A DNA stretch of 64,000 bases from the NCBI RefSeq assembly GCF_009914755.1, contig NC_060929.1; one strand, 5' to 3'. Position 1 is the first letter of the stretch. Each line of letters begins with the position of its first letter. The notes beneath the pieces are model-generated. The model saw only the letters and a list, made by a program, of their open reading frames with translations. It ran no database searches and was not told the origin of the DNA. Position numbers and translations under genes: made by a program. The stretch is from the human T2T-CHM13v2.0 reference genome, Homo sapiens. Positions 27,568 to 42,600 of this stretch are shown here, in pieces.

Positions 27568-29925
27568 TGATAAGGTTTGGCTGTGTCTCCACCCAAATCG
27601 CATCTTGAATTGTAGTTCCCACAATCCCCATGTGTTCTGGGAGTGACCTGGTGGAAGGTAATTGAATCATAGGGGCAGTTACCTTCATATTGTTCTTGTG
27701 ACAGTGAGAGAGTTCTCACGAGCTCTGATGGTTTTATAAGTGGCTTCCCCCCTCCCCCACTTTTGCTTGACACTTCTTCTTGCTACCACCATATCAAGAA
27801 GGACATGTTTGCTTCTCCTTCTGCCATAATTGTAAGTTTCCTGAGGCCTCCCCAACCACGCTGAACTGTGAGTCAATTAAATAGCTTTCCTTTATAAATT
27901 ACCTGGTCCCTGTCCTTTTAGCAGCATGAGAGCAAAGTAATACAGTATACCGGTACCAGGAGTGGGGCACTGCTGTAAAGATACCTGAAAATGTGTAAGT
28001 GACTTAAGAACTGGGTAATAGGCAGAGGCTCGAACAGTTTGGAGGGCTCAGAAGAAGACAGGAAAATGTGGGAAAGTTTGCAACTTCCTAGAGATTTGGA
28101 GGGCTCAGAAGACAGGAAGATGTGGGAAAGTTTGGAACTTAGATTGGGAAAGTTTGGAACTTCGTAAAGACTTGTTTAATGGCTTTGACCAAAATGCTGA
28201 TAGTGATAATGGACAATGACATCCAGGCTAAGGTAGTCTCAGATGGAGATGAGGAACTTGTTGGGAACTGGAGTGAAGGTTACTCTTTCTATGCAAAAAG
28301 ACTGGTGGCATATTGCACCTGCCCCAGAGATCTGTGGAACTTTGAACTTGAGAGAGAAGATTTAGGTTATCTGGTGGAAGAAATTTCTAAGTGGAAAGCA
28401 TTAAAGAGGAAGCAGAGCATAAAAATTTGGAAAATTTGGAGCCTGATGATGCAAAAGAAAAGAAAAGCCAATTTTCTGGGGAGAAATTCAGGCTTGCTGC
28501 AGAAATTTCCATAAGTAACAAGGAGCTGAATGTTAATAACCAAGAAAATGGGGAACATGTCTCCAGGACATGTAACAGACCTTCATGACAGCTCCTCCCA
28601 TCACAGACCTGGAGGCCTAGGAAGGATAGTGGTCTCCTGGGCTGGATTCAGAGCCCTCCTTGCTGTGTGCAGCCTTGCAACTTGGTGCCCTACACCCTAG
28701 CCACTCCAGCCATGGCTAAAAGGAGCCAATGTATAGCTCAGGCCATTGCTTCAGAGGGTGCAAGCCCCAAGCCTTGGCAGCTTCCACATGGTGTTGGGCC
28801 TGCAGGTGTGCAGAAGTCAAGAAGTGAGATTTGGGAACCTCTGCCTAGATTTCAGAGGATGTATGGAAACACCTGGATGTCCAGTCAAAAGATTGCTGCA
28901 GGGGTGGAGCCTCATGGAGAACCTCTGCTAGAGCAGTGCAGAAAGAAAATGTGGAGTTGAGACCCCACACAGAGTTCCTACTGGGACACTGCCTAGTGGA
29001 GCTGTGAGAAGAGGACTGCCATCCTCTAGACCCCAGAATGGTACATCCACCAAAAGTTTGCACCACGTGCCTGGAAAAGCCACAGGCACTCAACATCAGC
29101 CCATGAAAGCAGCCAGGATGGGGACTGTACCCTGCAAAGCCAAAGAGCAGAGCTGCCCAAGGCCATGGGAGGCTAGTTCATGCATCAGCGTGACCTGGAT
29201 GTGAGACATGGAGTCAAAGGAGATCACTTTGGAACTTTAAGGCATAATGACTGCCGCAGTAGATTTCATACTTGCATGGGGCTTGTAGCACCTTTGTTTT
29301 GGCCAATTTCTCCCATTTGGAACAGGTGTATTTACCCAGTGTCTGCACCCCCATTGTATCTAGGAAGTAACTAACTTGCTTTTGATTTTACAGACTCATA
29401 GGTGGAAGGGACTTGCCTTGTCTCAGATGAGACTTTGGACTTGGACATTTGAGTTAATGCTGGAATTAGTTAAGACTATGGGGGACTGTTGGGTAGGCAT
29501 GATTGTGTTTTGAAATTTTTGAAATTTCGGAGGGGCCAGGGGGTAGAATGATATGGTTTGGCTGTGTCCCCAGCCAAATCTCATCTTGTAATTCCCATAA
29601 TCTCCACATGTCATAGGAGGGACCTGGTGGGAGGTAATTGAATCATGGGGACAGTTACCTCCATGCTGCTCTCATAAGATCTGATAGTGAGTGAGTTCTC
29701 ACAAGATCTGATGGTTTTATAACGGATTTTTTCCCCTTTTGCTCGGCACTTCTCCTTGCTGCTGCTTGGCACGGAAGGACATGTTTGCTTCCCTTTCTGC
29801 AATGATTGTAAGTTTCCTGAGTTCTCCCCAGCCATACTGAACTGTGAGTCAATTAAACCTGTTTCCTTTATAAATTACCCAGTCTCATGTATGTCCTTAT
29901 AGCAGCATAAAAAGGAACTAATACA
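27568..29925 (+). mobile_element. Complete THE1 (THE1C/D-like) MaLR provirus
   Basis: LTRs at 27568-27944 and 29549-29925 around a 1.6-kb internal region; 5-bp TSD GTAGA. Confidence 0.93.
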
Positions 29926-30415
29926 GTAGACAAAAAGGAAGGGAGAAATGGAAGAAGGAAAAAATACAAGTGAATGTACTCAGAGTTCTTTTCTTGAAAG
30001 TGCTCAAAGTAGTGTTAGCGAGACAAAACTTACACATGTGAAAATGTCTTATATTACAAAGCAGTATAGAATAAATGGCCCAGATATTGAGTACCATCTG
30101 AACTCAGGAGACATCATAGGTAAAGTCAGATGTGAGGTGTGTATTAGAGTTTTTGTTTGTTTTTGTTTTGGGGTGTTTTACTTAGCAGCATTAATCAAAT
30201 TTGAATTTGATGAAGAGACTCATCACATATGCATAAAAATCACTGTTTTTTAAAAAGCACATTGATCTTCTTATAAAACAAGAAATGCTTAAGTAATGCA
30301 TATAACCATTATCTAGTCATTGTTAGTTCCAGGATTTTTTAATGTTAGGTTTTCTTAATTCATGGCATATTTTTGTTTGAAGCAGCAAAATTCCAAAGTA
30401 GGATTTTGCTTAGGC

Positions 30416-30595
30416 CAGTGGTTTTCAAATTTTAGAGTGCCCAAGAATTACATGGAGAAATATGAAGCATGATGGAAGTCCTGGGCCCCACACTAGTCCA
30501 TCTCAACTAGCATCTCTAGGGCAGAACCAAAGAATTTGCCTCTTAAATATTCATCCCTCATGTAATTTCTCTACAAGTGGTGTGTGGAGAACATG
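30416..30595. mobile_element. MER5-like hAT MITE relic
   Basis: cagtggttttcaaatttt start and gggccccacac core. Confidence 0.55.
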
Positions 30596-30673
30596 GCCTT
30601 AGGCCTTTGTTGTCATGAAAACTGAACGTCTGTTTAATGGTAAAGACATTATAATTTTATTTAAAAATACTTT

Positions 30674-30984
<311 letters not shown>

Positions 30985-31774
30985 CTATAGTAGAGAGTAA
31001 ATAAATGTAAATATCTCAAAAACCATTGATTGTGGTTTGGGATTTTTTGTTTTTGTTTTCATTCTGAGTTTGAGTTCATTTTTTTGTTTTGGGGGGTTTT
31101 TTGCTGAATTTTTTCCAAGTCTGTATTTTTCCAGTATCTTCCAGATACTAATCACCTTCCAAGATTGCAAGTTTTTTGTCTTCAACTGACAATTAATTCA
31201 TTAATTTAAGGGAGAACTATGGCTTGGTTAATATCATCTGCCTTTTTTTTTTTTTAGATTTCTCAATGCATTAACTATGCCTCTAAAAATTAGAGAGCTT
31301 AAACATACACCAACTATTCTATGAAGTTGCAGAAAGGTTGAATGTTGTTTTGTTTTGAAGCCAATTTTATAATCTTGAAAAATCAAACTACTACTTCTTA
31401 AATACACATAGTATCATAAATTCAAAACGTCTCCCTGATCTGTATTTGGTACCCCAAGTTGATGACAGGGTCCACTGACCATTATTATCAATAAGTGTGT
31501 GCCAGCCATCAACAGACAGCACAGTATTTAAAAACCTTAAAAATTTTCATTCTTCCTACTCTCTGAGAAAATGTTTCCTATAGAAGGACATTTACAATCA
31601 TCAGGCTAGCAAGTCTTGATCACTGGACTGAACTATTAGCATATATAAAGTCAAATATGCCTTTGCAGATGCTCATAAACAAAATATCCATTCCTTTGCC
31701 CTCCCCGCTAAGAAACACCATTTTTATATTGTTACGTGAAAAGATTTGGAGCCATGCTGATAAAAGCTAATTAA

Positions 31775-31990
31775 CTGAGCAGTTACTATTTACCAGGCAC
31801 TATGATAAGCACTTCAAATTCAAATATCAATTTATCATCATGACAGCCTGTGATAGCGGTTTCATTATCATTCTCATTTTACAATTTAGAAAACTGGTGA
31901 TTAATGATTAACTGGCTGAGATCTAACAGTTATTAAGTAACAGAGATGAGGTTTGAATTTGTGGTCATCTGACTTCAACTCCTGTGCTAC
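31775..31990 (-). mobile_element. MIR relic
   Basis: ccaggcactatgataagcactt...cattttacaatttagaaaactg. Confidence 0.6.
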
Positions 31991-32014
31991 AAGTTTTCCT
32001 CCAAATTATCAGAT

Positions 32015-32212
32015 TCTGGTGAAGTAGAATGAGAACTGGGCTGAGATCCAAGAGATAAAAATGTTCTTCTCTCAGCTGTGATACAAAGTAACTGGGTAGT
32101 TTTGACCATGATATTTACCCTCTTTGGGTTTCCGTTTCCTCTTCTATAAAGAGTGGTAATTGGACTACTAGATGAATAATAAAATTGCTTCCAACACTAA
32201 TATACCATGATT
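32015..32212 (+). mobile_element. MIR3/MIRc-like relic
   Basis: ctctttgggtttccgtttcctcttctataaa...ttggactactagatg...ttccaacact...atgatt. Confidence 0.55.
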
Positions 32213-33460
32213 TAAGAGCAGCCACTTTGCACAAAAAGAGGAATAGAAAGACAATGGGAGCCATCTGGATGTGAAAATGATGAATGGCAAAAGCTTTTGG
32301 AGGGGATAGTCTCAGATTAGCATTCAGTGCCTTGGGGCCCACACACCACATTGCCAGTCTCCTGCAAATTGCCTGCAGCTGCACTGACCTAGCCTCTTAG
32401 ACTGCAGAACCCTTGACAAAGTGTTCAAGGTATTTAGCCTTGGGTTTCCCTAAGAACCCATCTAACCCATAAAAATTAGAGGTCTTGTAATTTTGCCAAT
32501 TTTGCTGTTAGAAGCGTAACAAAGCTTTTTTGTCTGAACTAAATTATCCCTTCATTCCAGATAGCAAGAATGCCTTTGCAAATTCTTTCTAGAGTAGCTG
32601 ATAGTAGAGGATTTTCACATCAGTGAAAAAATGAAAACCATCTAAAGAAACAATCATAATGATATCATGATGGAAGAAAAGCTGTGTTAATCTCAGAAGC
32701 TATGTGTCTGTATCCACTTTTATAGGGTCATGCCTCAAAAATTCACCTCAATCCATAATGCCCAAGATTTCTACAGAATTTTAGGGATTTATATTCTCAT
32801 TATTACTACTTCCTCTTATTTAGAAATCCTTCTTAAGTCTCAGTCTCACTCATGCTAGCCTCCCATTATGTTCTTTCTACCCTGCATGAACCCAAACATC
32901 TTCCAAATTATGATTCCCACAGGGCAGCGCTGGTGATGACAAAAGAGGATCTCTTCATAGCATACAGAGCAAACAGTCCTAAATCTAATATTACAAATCT
33001 CTGTTCTTAAAAATTTCAAAGCCATCTTTGCCATTGGGAATTTTTCAATGGCTATATTTTGTCTTGAAGTCCTGGCATCTCTCATCAGGTTGCCTGGCCC
33101 TCTCTTCATCTCCCTGGACCCTTGGGATACTCTCTCAAAGTCATATATCCCAAATGTTTTTATGCAGAAATGCTGGCTACTTCTCTTGCATTATCCTTCC
33201 AGACCATGTCTAGTGCCTATTTCTTCATACCCAAAAAGAACTCTACTACTGGCATGCCAATTTATAGTAAATTACTTTCAACTACATTGTCTGCTACCCA
33301 ATCTTTGTACAATTATGTTATTGGAATATAAGTGGGAACTTTATGGCCCAGTCTCACCACAGTGTATTATTCAAACAAACAAAAAGCAATTCTGATTCTG
33401 ACTCTTCAAGTTAACTGAGAGATTTGATTTAAAACAAAGTAATACTTTACTGCTTCACAC

Positions 33461-34445
33461 TGATAGTGGCAGGAGGCAGACAAATGCCTAGGCAGATAGG
33501 GGTGGGTCCTTGGTGAAACCCCACCTTCAAACCAAAGACAGTTTAAAGTCTGAAAGCCAAGCTACAAGTCTTGAATAAATCCATGGACCAGATTAAGAGC
33601 CTCTCTTCCCATCTGGCATGCTTTCCTATCATTGATCCCTACCCCTTCACCTATTTACATATACTTACCCTTCCCTAATTGTTTTTTAACACTGTTATGT
33701 CCATCTTTGAGTGGTGGCTTTGTTTTAGCCTTTTTTGCATACTCACAAACCAATCAGCACGCACTCACCCATTCTGAGCCAATAAAAGCCCTGGGCTCAG
33801 CCACACTTAGAGACTGCTCACCTTTGGGCACCTGACTTCAGAGAGGAGGCTGCCCTCTTGGATCCCCTCCCCACTGAGAGCTGTCACTCAATAAAACTCC
33901 CTTCATACTTCAGTTGTCAGTGTACCCTAATTATTCTTGGATGTGGGACAAGAACTCGGGACCTGCTGAATGTGGGTACAAAGAAAGACTGGAACACTGT
34001 AGCCCTCTGCCCTTCACTGGCAGAGGGCAGCTGCCCCACATGATGGGAAGCAGCACTGAGGTGGAAGCAGCAGCAGGGCCAGTCCCCAGAGCCACAGGCC
34101 GGAGTGGGACAATGGGACTAAAAGAGCTTGGCATGCTGTAACAACCCCTATAGGGATTTGGGGTCACTGGCATCCCTGTTCAGGTGCCACTGTGTTCTCC
34201 TCATCCAGACACCACTGCCCAAGGCAAAAACAGGTCATGTACACCCAGCCCAACTGCAGGTTGAGTGTAGATCCTGCAGCAAGCATTAGATATGGGCAGG
34301 AGCGCAAGCCAAGTGCTTCCTGCTGGGCCAAGTAGGTGGGATACCTCCTGCGGCAAGCCCGGGCCAGAGCAAGGCCTGGGCAGGGGTGTCACCAGCCACA
34401 GAGGTCTCCAGCTGGAAAAGCAGCTCTGAGAGAAATCCTGTGTCA
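33461..34445 (+). mobile_element. Solo ERV1 LTR, LTR28/LTR1-related
   Basis: tgatagtggcaggaggcagacaaatgcctaggcag...cctgtgtca; 4-bp TSD ACAC; CCAAT, TATA-like aataaaag and AATAAA present. Family name tentative. Confidence 0.72.
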
Positions 34446-35220
34446 ACACCTTAAAATTCTTCTCCCATTTCTCTCCACTGCCAACTTTCATGTTAACTGC
34501 CCAAAATTGTTCTCCCCATTCTTCACTCTTCATTTTTGAAAAAAAAAAAAAATTACCCAATATGCTTATCTTCACAGACACTCCTATTTTCTCATTCCCC
34601 TCTTGACCCCCCTTTTGTAGTGGCATAACACTTTTTGTTAATTTTTTTGCATTTTTAAATTTTGCAATGCTTCTCAGCCCATTTTGAAATAAACCACTCC
34701 TCGTTCTTAGTTCATTCATTGGTCTAATCAACATAACAGGTAAACAGAGAGATAGCATGGGTAGGAACAACATTTTCATCAAGTAGTGGAAAAGAAAAGG
34801 GCAGTGTGAGTACTTATGCATTTTTATTTTTGTCCCTTTTACAAATAAATTAACATTTTTGAATGAATGGAAAAACCAAAACAAATGAATTGCAGTAGAC
34901 TCATGCAGTGACAATTGTCATGTCTGGAGTTCTTAGGATTTACAGAGATAACATGGCAGAAATAAATTAAAGTTCTTTTTGACATAATAAAAGGCACCTT
35001 GAAAAGAGGTTTAACTTGAGAACTGTACCTGGAAAATGACAGCTGTGAATTAATTTGAATGCAGCAACATACGTTAAAGGAAACCAAAAACAACTATTTA
35101 CTACACATACAAAAGAATCTTCTGTAGATCTAGGCAACATTCAGGCAACAGAACAAAACAGAACCCAGTATAAAGAAGTCCAGTCCAACTGAGTATTGAC
35201 ATCAAAATTTGTATGCAAGA

Positions 35221-35585
<365 letters not shown>

Positions 35586-35969
35586 TTAAACAGAATAGAA
35601 TATCATTATAAAAAATATGAAGGAATGCAAAGGATAGAGAGAAAGATTTAAATCTGGCTATCTCTCTCCCCTGCTGAAAATGCTTAAATAAATTTCTTCT
35701 AAGTATAATTAAGATCAAAACCAAACCATCAACACTGCCTACAAATTGTGGATGACCTGCCTCCTTCTTCCCACTCCAGCAGTTTATTCTACCTATCTCT
35801 CCATGTTGCACTCACACTGGCCATTTTGTGGTTCCTTATCTATCATTGTCCCCTAGCCACAGGGCCTTTGCACATGTCCTTCCTCTTTCTAGATGCTCTT
35901 CCCTCCCATCTCCCCCACTTCTCATCTACTCATCCTACAGGCAAAAGATAAAGCTGCACTTCTCAGGTT

Positions 35970-36525
35970 AATGAGTTTGGATGTTGGTATCTACATAAAA
36001 GTATAAATAAAACAACAAAACAAAATTATTAACTCCAACAGGGAACAAAGAGTGAAATAAAAGAAAAACAATTATTGTATACCACATGAGTAAGGCATGA
36101 ATAGTGTTTACAGACAACAGTCATATTGCTGAACACTGAATTTTCTGACCAAAATTATGAGATAACTCTATTGGGTGTGAGGTGTTGGTGCAGGAAAACA
36201 GGACAGTAATTACAAGTATTATTGGACTACTAGATGAATAATAAAATTGCTTTTATTTTAGGGGGAAACAAGGAGGGGGTGGTCAGGAAGTAGAGGGGGA
36301 GAAAGCTAAATATCTTCTTCCACAATGGAAAGGTCTCAAAAATGTGCCCTAAACTGAAAAAATAGCTGTAAGAGTTCAGTCTTTGCAGCTGGAGGATCAC
36401 AGATGGGGGAAAGTAGAAAATAGCATATAAAGATGCTGCTGTCTTTAAAATAAATCTTAAGAAATTATTGATTCTTAAAGCCAGGTATATACATCATTTT
36501 ATTTTTAAAATGATACTATTTCCTA
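35970..36525 (+). mobile_element. Old L1M 3' fragment
   Basis: A-rich, L1MC-like 3' UTR phrasing. Boundaries approximate. Confidence 0.4.
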
Positions 36526-36684
36526 AAAGCTAAAGGGAAATTAAAATAGGAAAGAAACAAGAAAGGTAGGTGAGAGGCTAATGCATGTTGTCAAAACTTG
36601 TGCATCTGCTAGAGATGGGCCAAAAATTTGACCATGTCTAATAATGTATTTTCTGAGAAAACTTTTAGGCAAAACTTATTATCA

Positions 36685-37023
<339 letters not shown>

Positions 37024-37322
37024 CTATGATTGCAATTAGCACCTTGTGTCTAATAATGTGTTCTCATTTGAAATTGTTTATTGACAAACTACTGGTAGAG
37101 TTTCCTGAAGTGGTAGGTCTCCGGGGAAGGTTTACCTAGAAGAATTTCTTCCCCTAAATGCATCAGGACCACAAGTGACATTTTTTTCAAGATGAAAAAT
37201 TATGTTTAATGGCCCACATATGTTGTAAGACAATTATTTCTGATATGGAAAATAACAAGAAAGTCATGTGAGAAGCAAAGAAACCATATGCTCAGGAATT
37301 AGGAGAACTGAACTTTGGATTT

Positions 37323-37742
37323 TTCTATAGTTTGGATGTTTGACCCCTCCAAACCTCACATTGAAACTTGATCTCCAATGTTGGAGGTGGATCCTAATGG
37401 GAAGTATTTAGGTCAACACTCATGTGTTGACACCCTCCCATGGGGGTGAGTGAGTTCTCTCTCTAATAGTTCCCCCAGAGCTGGTTGTTAAAAAAGAGCC
37501 TGGCACCTCTCCTCTCTCTTGCTTCTTCTCTTGTCATGTGACCTCTGTGATCTTTGCACACACAGCCCCCTTTCACCTTCTACCATGAGTGGAAGCAGAC
37601 TGAGGCCCTCAACAGAAGCAGATGTCTGTGCCATGCTTCTTGTATAGCCTGCAGAACTGTAAGCCAAATAAACCTCTTTTCTTTATCAATTGCCCAGCCC
37701 CAGATATTCCTTTATAGCAACATTATAAAGGAATTTAGGACA
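37323..37742 (+). mobile_element. MSTB-type MaLR solo LTR
   Basis: ctatagtttggatgtttgacccctccaaacctcac...attcctttatagcaaca. Confidence 0.8.
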
Positions 37743-37750
37743 AAGTAGAC

Positions 37751-37915
37751 CTGTATTGTCCAAAACAGTAGTCATTTGTCACATGTGGCTATTGAGTATC
37801 TGCAATGTTGTTAGTCCAAATTAAAATGTGCTGTAAACATGAAATATACAAAGGGTTACTAGAAAATTTAAAATCACATCTGTGGTTTGTATTGTATTTC
37901 TGTTGGACAATACTG
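37751..37915. mobile_element. MER3-like hAT MITE
   Basis: TIRs ctgtattgtccaa and ttggacaatactg; cacatgtggctattgag core. Confidence 0.72.
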
Positions 37916-38214
37916 CTTATTCTGAGTTCTGTCATTAGTGGTTGCATGGTAGTGATATGAATGTGAGTCATTTAACTTTATTGGGCCTTGATTTTCTTAA
38001 GTAGAAAATTGGTTGGGGGAGGTGGTTAGATAGATGGCCTCCAAAGCCCCTTTTCATTCAGAAATGTTACAAAGAATCCTAAGACGGGACACATATTAAT
38101 GACTTGAAAAGCCAGCAGATTGTTCCTTTAAATAGCTCAACTCCACCATGGAGAGCTTCCCTCCCTGCCCCTGTCAAACCCAGCCAGACATCTTTACCAA
38201 ATGATGTTCTCACC

Positions 38215-38430
38215 AGTCACTACTCTATGTCCTGTGCTGAATGCTTTACAAGTATTTCATTACATACTTATCCCTGCACTATGAAAGCAGTAGTATTACA
38301 CTGTTTCACAGATGAGGAAACTGGAACCTGAAACTGTTAGCTGACGTTGAAAGGCTTCAGAGCCAGGATTTGGAGGAGTCAGGATCCATATTCCTCTGAA
38401 TCCAAAACCTGAGCTCCTTATCAGTGTGCT
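38215..38430 (-). mobile_element. MIR relic
   Basis: ctgtttcacagatgaggaaactg core. Confidence 0.65.
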
Positions 38431-39654
38431 CTGCTTTTCTTTACAGAAGCCAAATTGGTTTTCCTCTGGAACCTAAACTATATTACCAACTTTTTGAGTC
38501 AGTACAACTTTTTTGTGTTGTTTTTCATCCCTGGATCCTCAGCACATAAAAAGGATGATTAATAAGCAGTACAGTATGATTAATACAGGATGATTAATAA
38601 ATAGGGCCATAATATTCTGAATTTCTGTGTCAGTTGGTTAAAAATTAAGATTACATTTAAAGTATGCCTATAAAATAATGTGACATTGTTGGGTTTTTAA
38701 GAATATATGTACATATCAGCCATATCTAGAATGCAGTACATAAATGACCATCATCTACTTCAGAGGAGAAACTTTGAACAGTTATTTCAACATTGTTTAC
38801 TTAGTGTTTTTTAATCCTTTTTATAAATTATCTTCAGAGCCCAGAATATATTTTCTTTGAATGTCTGAAGCACAAATTTTATCTCTTCTTTCATGTATTG
38901 TTTATGTTAGGCCAGAGAACAAGATATCAAAAGTACTTGAGAGCCAACTTGGAAAGTCTCCTAACGGCCTACAATGGGACAAATTTGAGCATCAAAAAAC
39001 AATAATAATAGTATCTGATTGAAATATAGCAGATAATTTTAAAAATATTTTTAAAAACCTATTGGTTGTCACCAGAATTTGCTGTGTCATCAACCCATCA
39101 TTATAAAAAATGACAAATATATTGAATATATTGAGCATTTAATTCCACTTTTCTGCATAAGTTATATTTCAGTATAACCAATTGTTGCTGAGGAAAAGGT
39201 CTTATGCAGAACATTTCTAGCAAATAAATGCAAAAACAATGATAAAATAAGAAAATCACCATTTGCAACCCCTAATAAAATAATGGTTCAAGGCAATAAT
39301 CATCATAGATACTAAAACCATTAGTTAAAATTTGATGAGCAACTTTAAAAGGAAGAAATCATGCTGACTGCATTTGAAAGTGGAACATCCAAAATTATGT
39401 TTACCCTCATGTGATGCAATAAAAAGTACAAAGCATTTGCTTTTTAAAAAAGAAAGAAAGCTGAATCTAATCAAGCCTTCAGAGTTCTAACTTCCCATTT
39501 ACAAGAAGTATAAAGGCTAGAAAAAAGTTAAACAACACAACACTAGAAGAAAACAATCAGCCATATCTAGGATGCAGCACATCCTGCAGGACAATAAGCT
39601 TGGTGTATTCAATAAATGGATGATGTTCTGTAACAAAAATTGTAAAAGGGTGAG

Positions 39655-42600
39655 AGTGGTATCAGCAAGATGGCAGAAAGGAGTTCTCTGGCTCCACTCC
39701 CTCCTCCACAGATGCCCAACTTGCAACTATCCAAGGGCAAAAATACCTTCATGAATATCCCAGAACTCCAGAGTGAAGCTGAGACATCCCCTTCAACTGC
39801 ACAACTGAGAAAACCCAAGATAAAAAGTCCTCCCCAGGCCAGGAGGCAACTATAAGTTAGCATTTACCTGCAAAAGGAGCATCTGGTCCCTCTGAACCCA
39901 GCAGCTAAGAGGTGATCCAACTAAGACCAGGACAGGAGGCAACTGCAGGTTAGTGAGTACCCACCTGGCCCTGCCCAACTTCAAATGCAAGTCTCAGTGC
40001 TCTGCTAAAGCCTGTCCTAGGCCAGGAGGCAAGCCTACATACATGTATATCTGTGGAGCATAGCCTCTGGCCCTACCCAACTCAAATGGCCAAGCAGCAA
40101 CCTCAGAGACCTCATCCAGCCTGGGAACCCAGCATCCAAACCTCCCCAACTGGATTCAAAACAACAATACTGTCCAGCCAGGGAAGAAACCTGTAATCCT
40201 GCCTGACCAGAGATGATTGCAAAGCTCTGCCTGATGGCAGCATCCATCCGGTGGTCTCACCAGACCATGGAGCACAGCCAGCACTACCCATCTGGCCACA
40301 GACAGCAGGAAGGCACCTAGCCCATCTGGACAGCCTGATACCAAAACCTGCCTTTCCAGGTTTGCTACTAGCTTGCCCATCCAGGATTCTAGGCCAGACT
40401 AAATAGTAAAGATCTACCACCATCAAAGTATGCCTGCAAAGGCTGGAAGAAGTAGCTATCTCCTCAAATGTACAGGCATCAATGTAAGAACACAAAGATT
40501 ATTATAAATCAAGGAAATATGATACCACCAAGAGAAACTAATAAACTTCAATAATTGGCCCAGAAGAAAAGGAAAGCTATATAATAATTGACAAAGAATT
40601 TAGAATAATCCTTTTAAAGTTCAGGGAACTCCAAAAAATATTAATAGAAAATTAAATGAAATTTGGAAAACTCAATACATAAAAATGAGTCTGACAAAGA
40701 AATATAACAAAAAATAGAAAACCTAGAGATAAAAAATACAATAACTAAATGGAAAATTTTCAGTAGAAACCTTCAACAGCAGAGTGATCAAATGGAAGAA
40801 ACAATCAGTGAGCTAAAACATAGGACATCTGAAGTCATTCAACTAGAAGAGCAAAAAGAAAAAACAAAGAAAAAAATAAAGAGGGCCCATGGTAATCATG
40901 AGACACCATTAAGGGAACTAACTTTCACATAATAGAAATTGAGGAGAAGAAGAGAGAGAGAGAGAGAAAAAAAAACTATAAACCATATTTAAGTAAATAA
41001 TGGCTGAAATTTCCCCAAATCTGGGGCAAGACAGCAACATCCAGGTACAGGGAGCTCGGAATCACTAACCAAATTCAAACCTAAGAGGAGTTCACCAAAG
41101 CACATTGTAATAAAATTATTAAAAATTTAAGACAAAGAATACAGAAAGCAGCAAAAGATAAGAAGCACATCATGTTCAAAAAGCTCTAATACACCTTTCA
41201 GCAGATTTCTCAGCAGAAACTTTGCAGGCCAGAGAAGAATAGAATGATATATTCAAAGTGCTGGGGAAAACAACTGCCAATCAAGGATATTTTAACCAGC
41301 AAAACTGTCCTTCAGAAATGAGTGAGAAATAAAAACTTTCCCAGGAAAACAAAACCTAACAGAGTTCACCAGCATTAGGCCTATGCTATAGGAATTGCTA
41401 AAATTCATTTTTAGGCTGAAATAAAAGCTAATTAATAACAAAAAGACACACAAAAGTAAAAAACTCAATAATACAAGTAATACATAGTCATACTCAGCAT
41501 TCTCAAATACTGTTACAGTGATGTGGAAAGCATTTGTATCACTACTATGTGGGTTAAAAGAAAACTATTAAAAACAACTGTATCTACAATAAATTATTAA
41601 ATTATAATTATATATAAAATTATATATATAATTATAAATTATTAAAGAATACAAATTACCAAACAAAGGTAAATCTTGACATCAAAATTATAAAAAGTGG
41701 GAAGGGAGCGTGTAAGTGTAGAGTTTCTGTATGTGAGTAAAGTTAAGTTATTATCAGCCTAAAGTAGCATGTTATGTAAACATAAACATGGTAGCCACAA
41801 AGCAAAAACCTATAGTATTTCTGCAACATGCAAAAAGAAAGGATTGAAAGCATACCACCGCAGAAAACCATAAAACTGTTCCGGAACCAAACTGAGGGTC
41901 AGGCTTCTATTTCTCGTGGCCCAATAATGAGATGCAGATGAACTGGGGAGGAAGAGAGTTTTCATTTCTGTAACTGGTTATAGGGACAAGGCCTGGAAAA
42001 TATCACCAGACCAACTCAAAATTACAAAGTCTTCCAGAGCTTATATAACTTCTAAGCTATATGTCGATGTGTAAGTGTGCATTCATCTAAAGACATAAGT
42101 GATTAACTTCTTTTAATCTACAACTAAGAACTGAGTCCTGAAGACCTTCCTCTGGAGCCTCAGTAAATTTCCTGATGGGTAAGTTTACTCAGTGTATTTA
42201 CTAAATGGGTCCGAGTGCTGAAGTGATTACCCTTATCTTGTCTCCTGCTAAATCATGGAGGTTTGGGGAGTTTCTACAGACTCCCAATAAAACTTGTTTA
42301 ATCTTAAACAGATCCTGTTAAGAATTGCTTTATTTTTACATCCTTTAAGACCCAGAAAAGGCCTAGGCAAAACTCTTAATGAGCTTTTATTACATTCCAG
42401 CCTTTGTATAAGGGCACTGTCCCTTTCAGCTTTTAATATTTAACTTAAGCACTCAGTCAGTAGTAAAACAGTTGTTATGGAGTTCTGTGTTATAGTGAGA
42501 CCTGCCCTGTCACAAAACCACAAAGAAAGACAGCAAGAGAAGAAGAAAGAAACAAAAGACATGCAAAACAGTCAAACACATTACTCACAATAGCCAAGAC

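Noticed and set aside
28036-28162. Tandem duplication at the start of the THE1 internal region
   Set aside because: As recalled, this duplication is a common feature of THE1 internal sequences rather than locus-specific.
34201-34914. Longest ORF (237 aa, minus strand) as a novel gene
   Set aside because: It runs from AT-rich unique DNA through a homopolymer tract into an LTR antisense strand, with no recognisable domain. Most likely a chance ORF.
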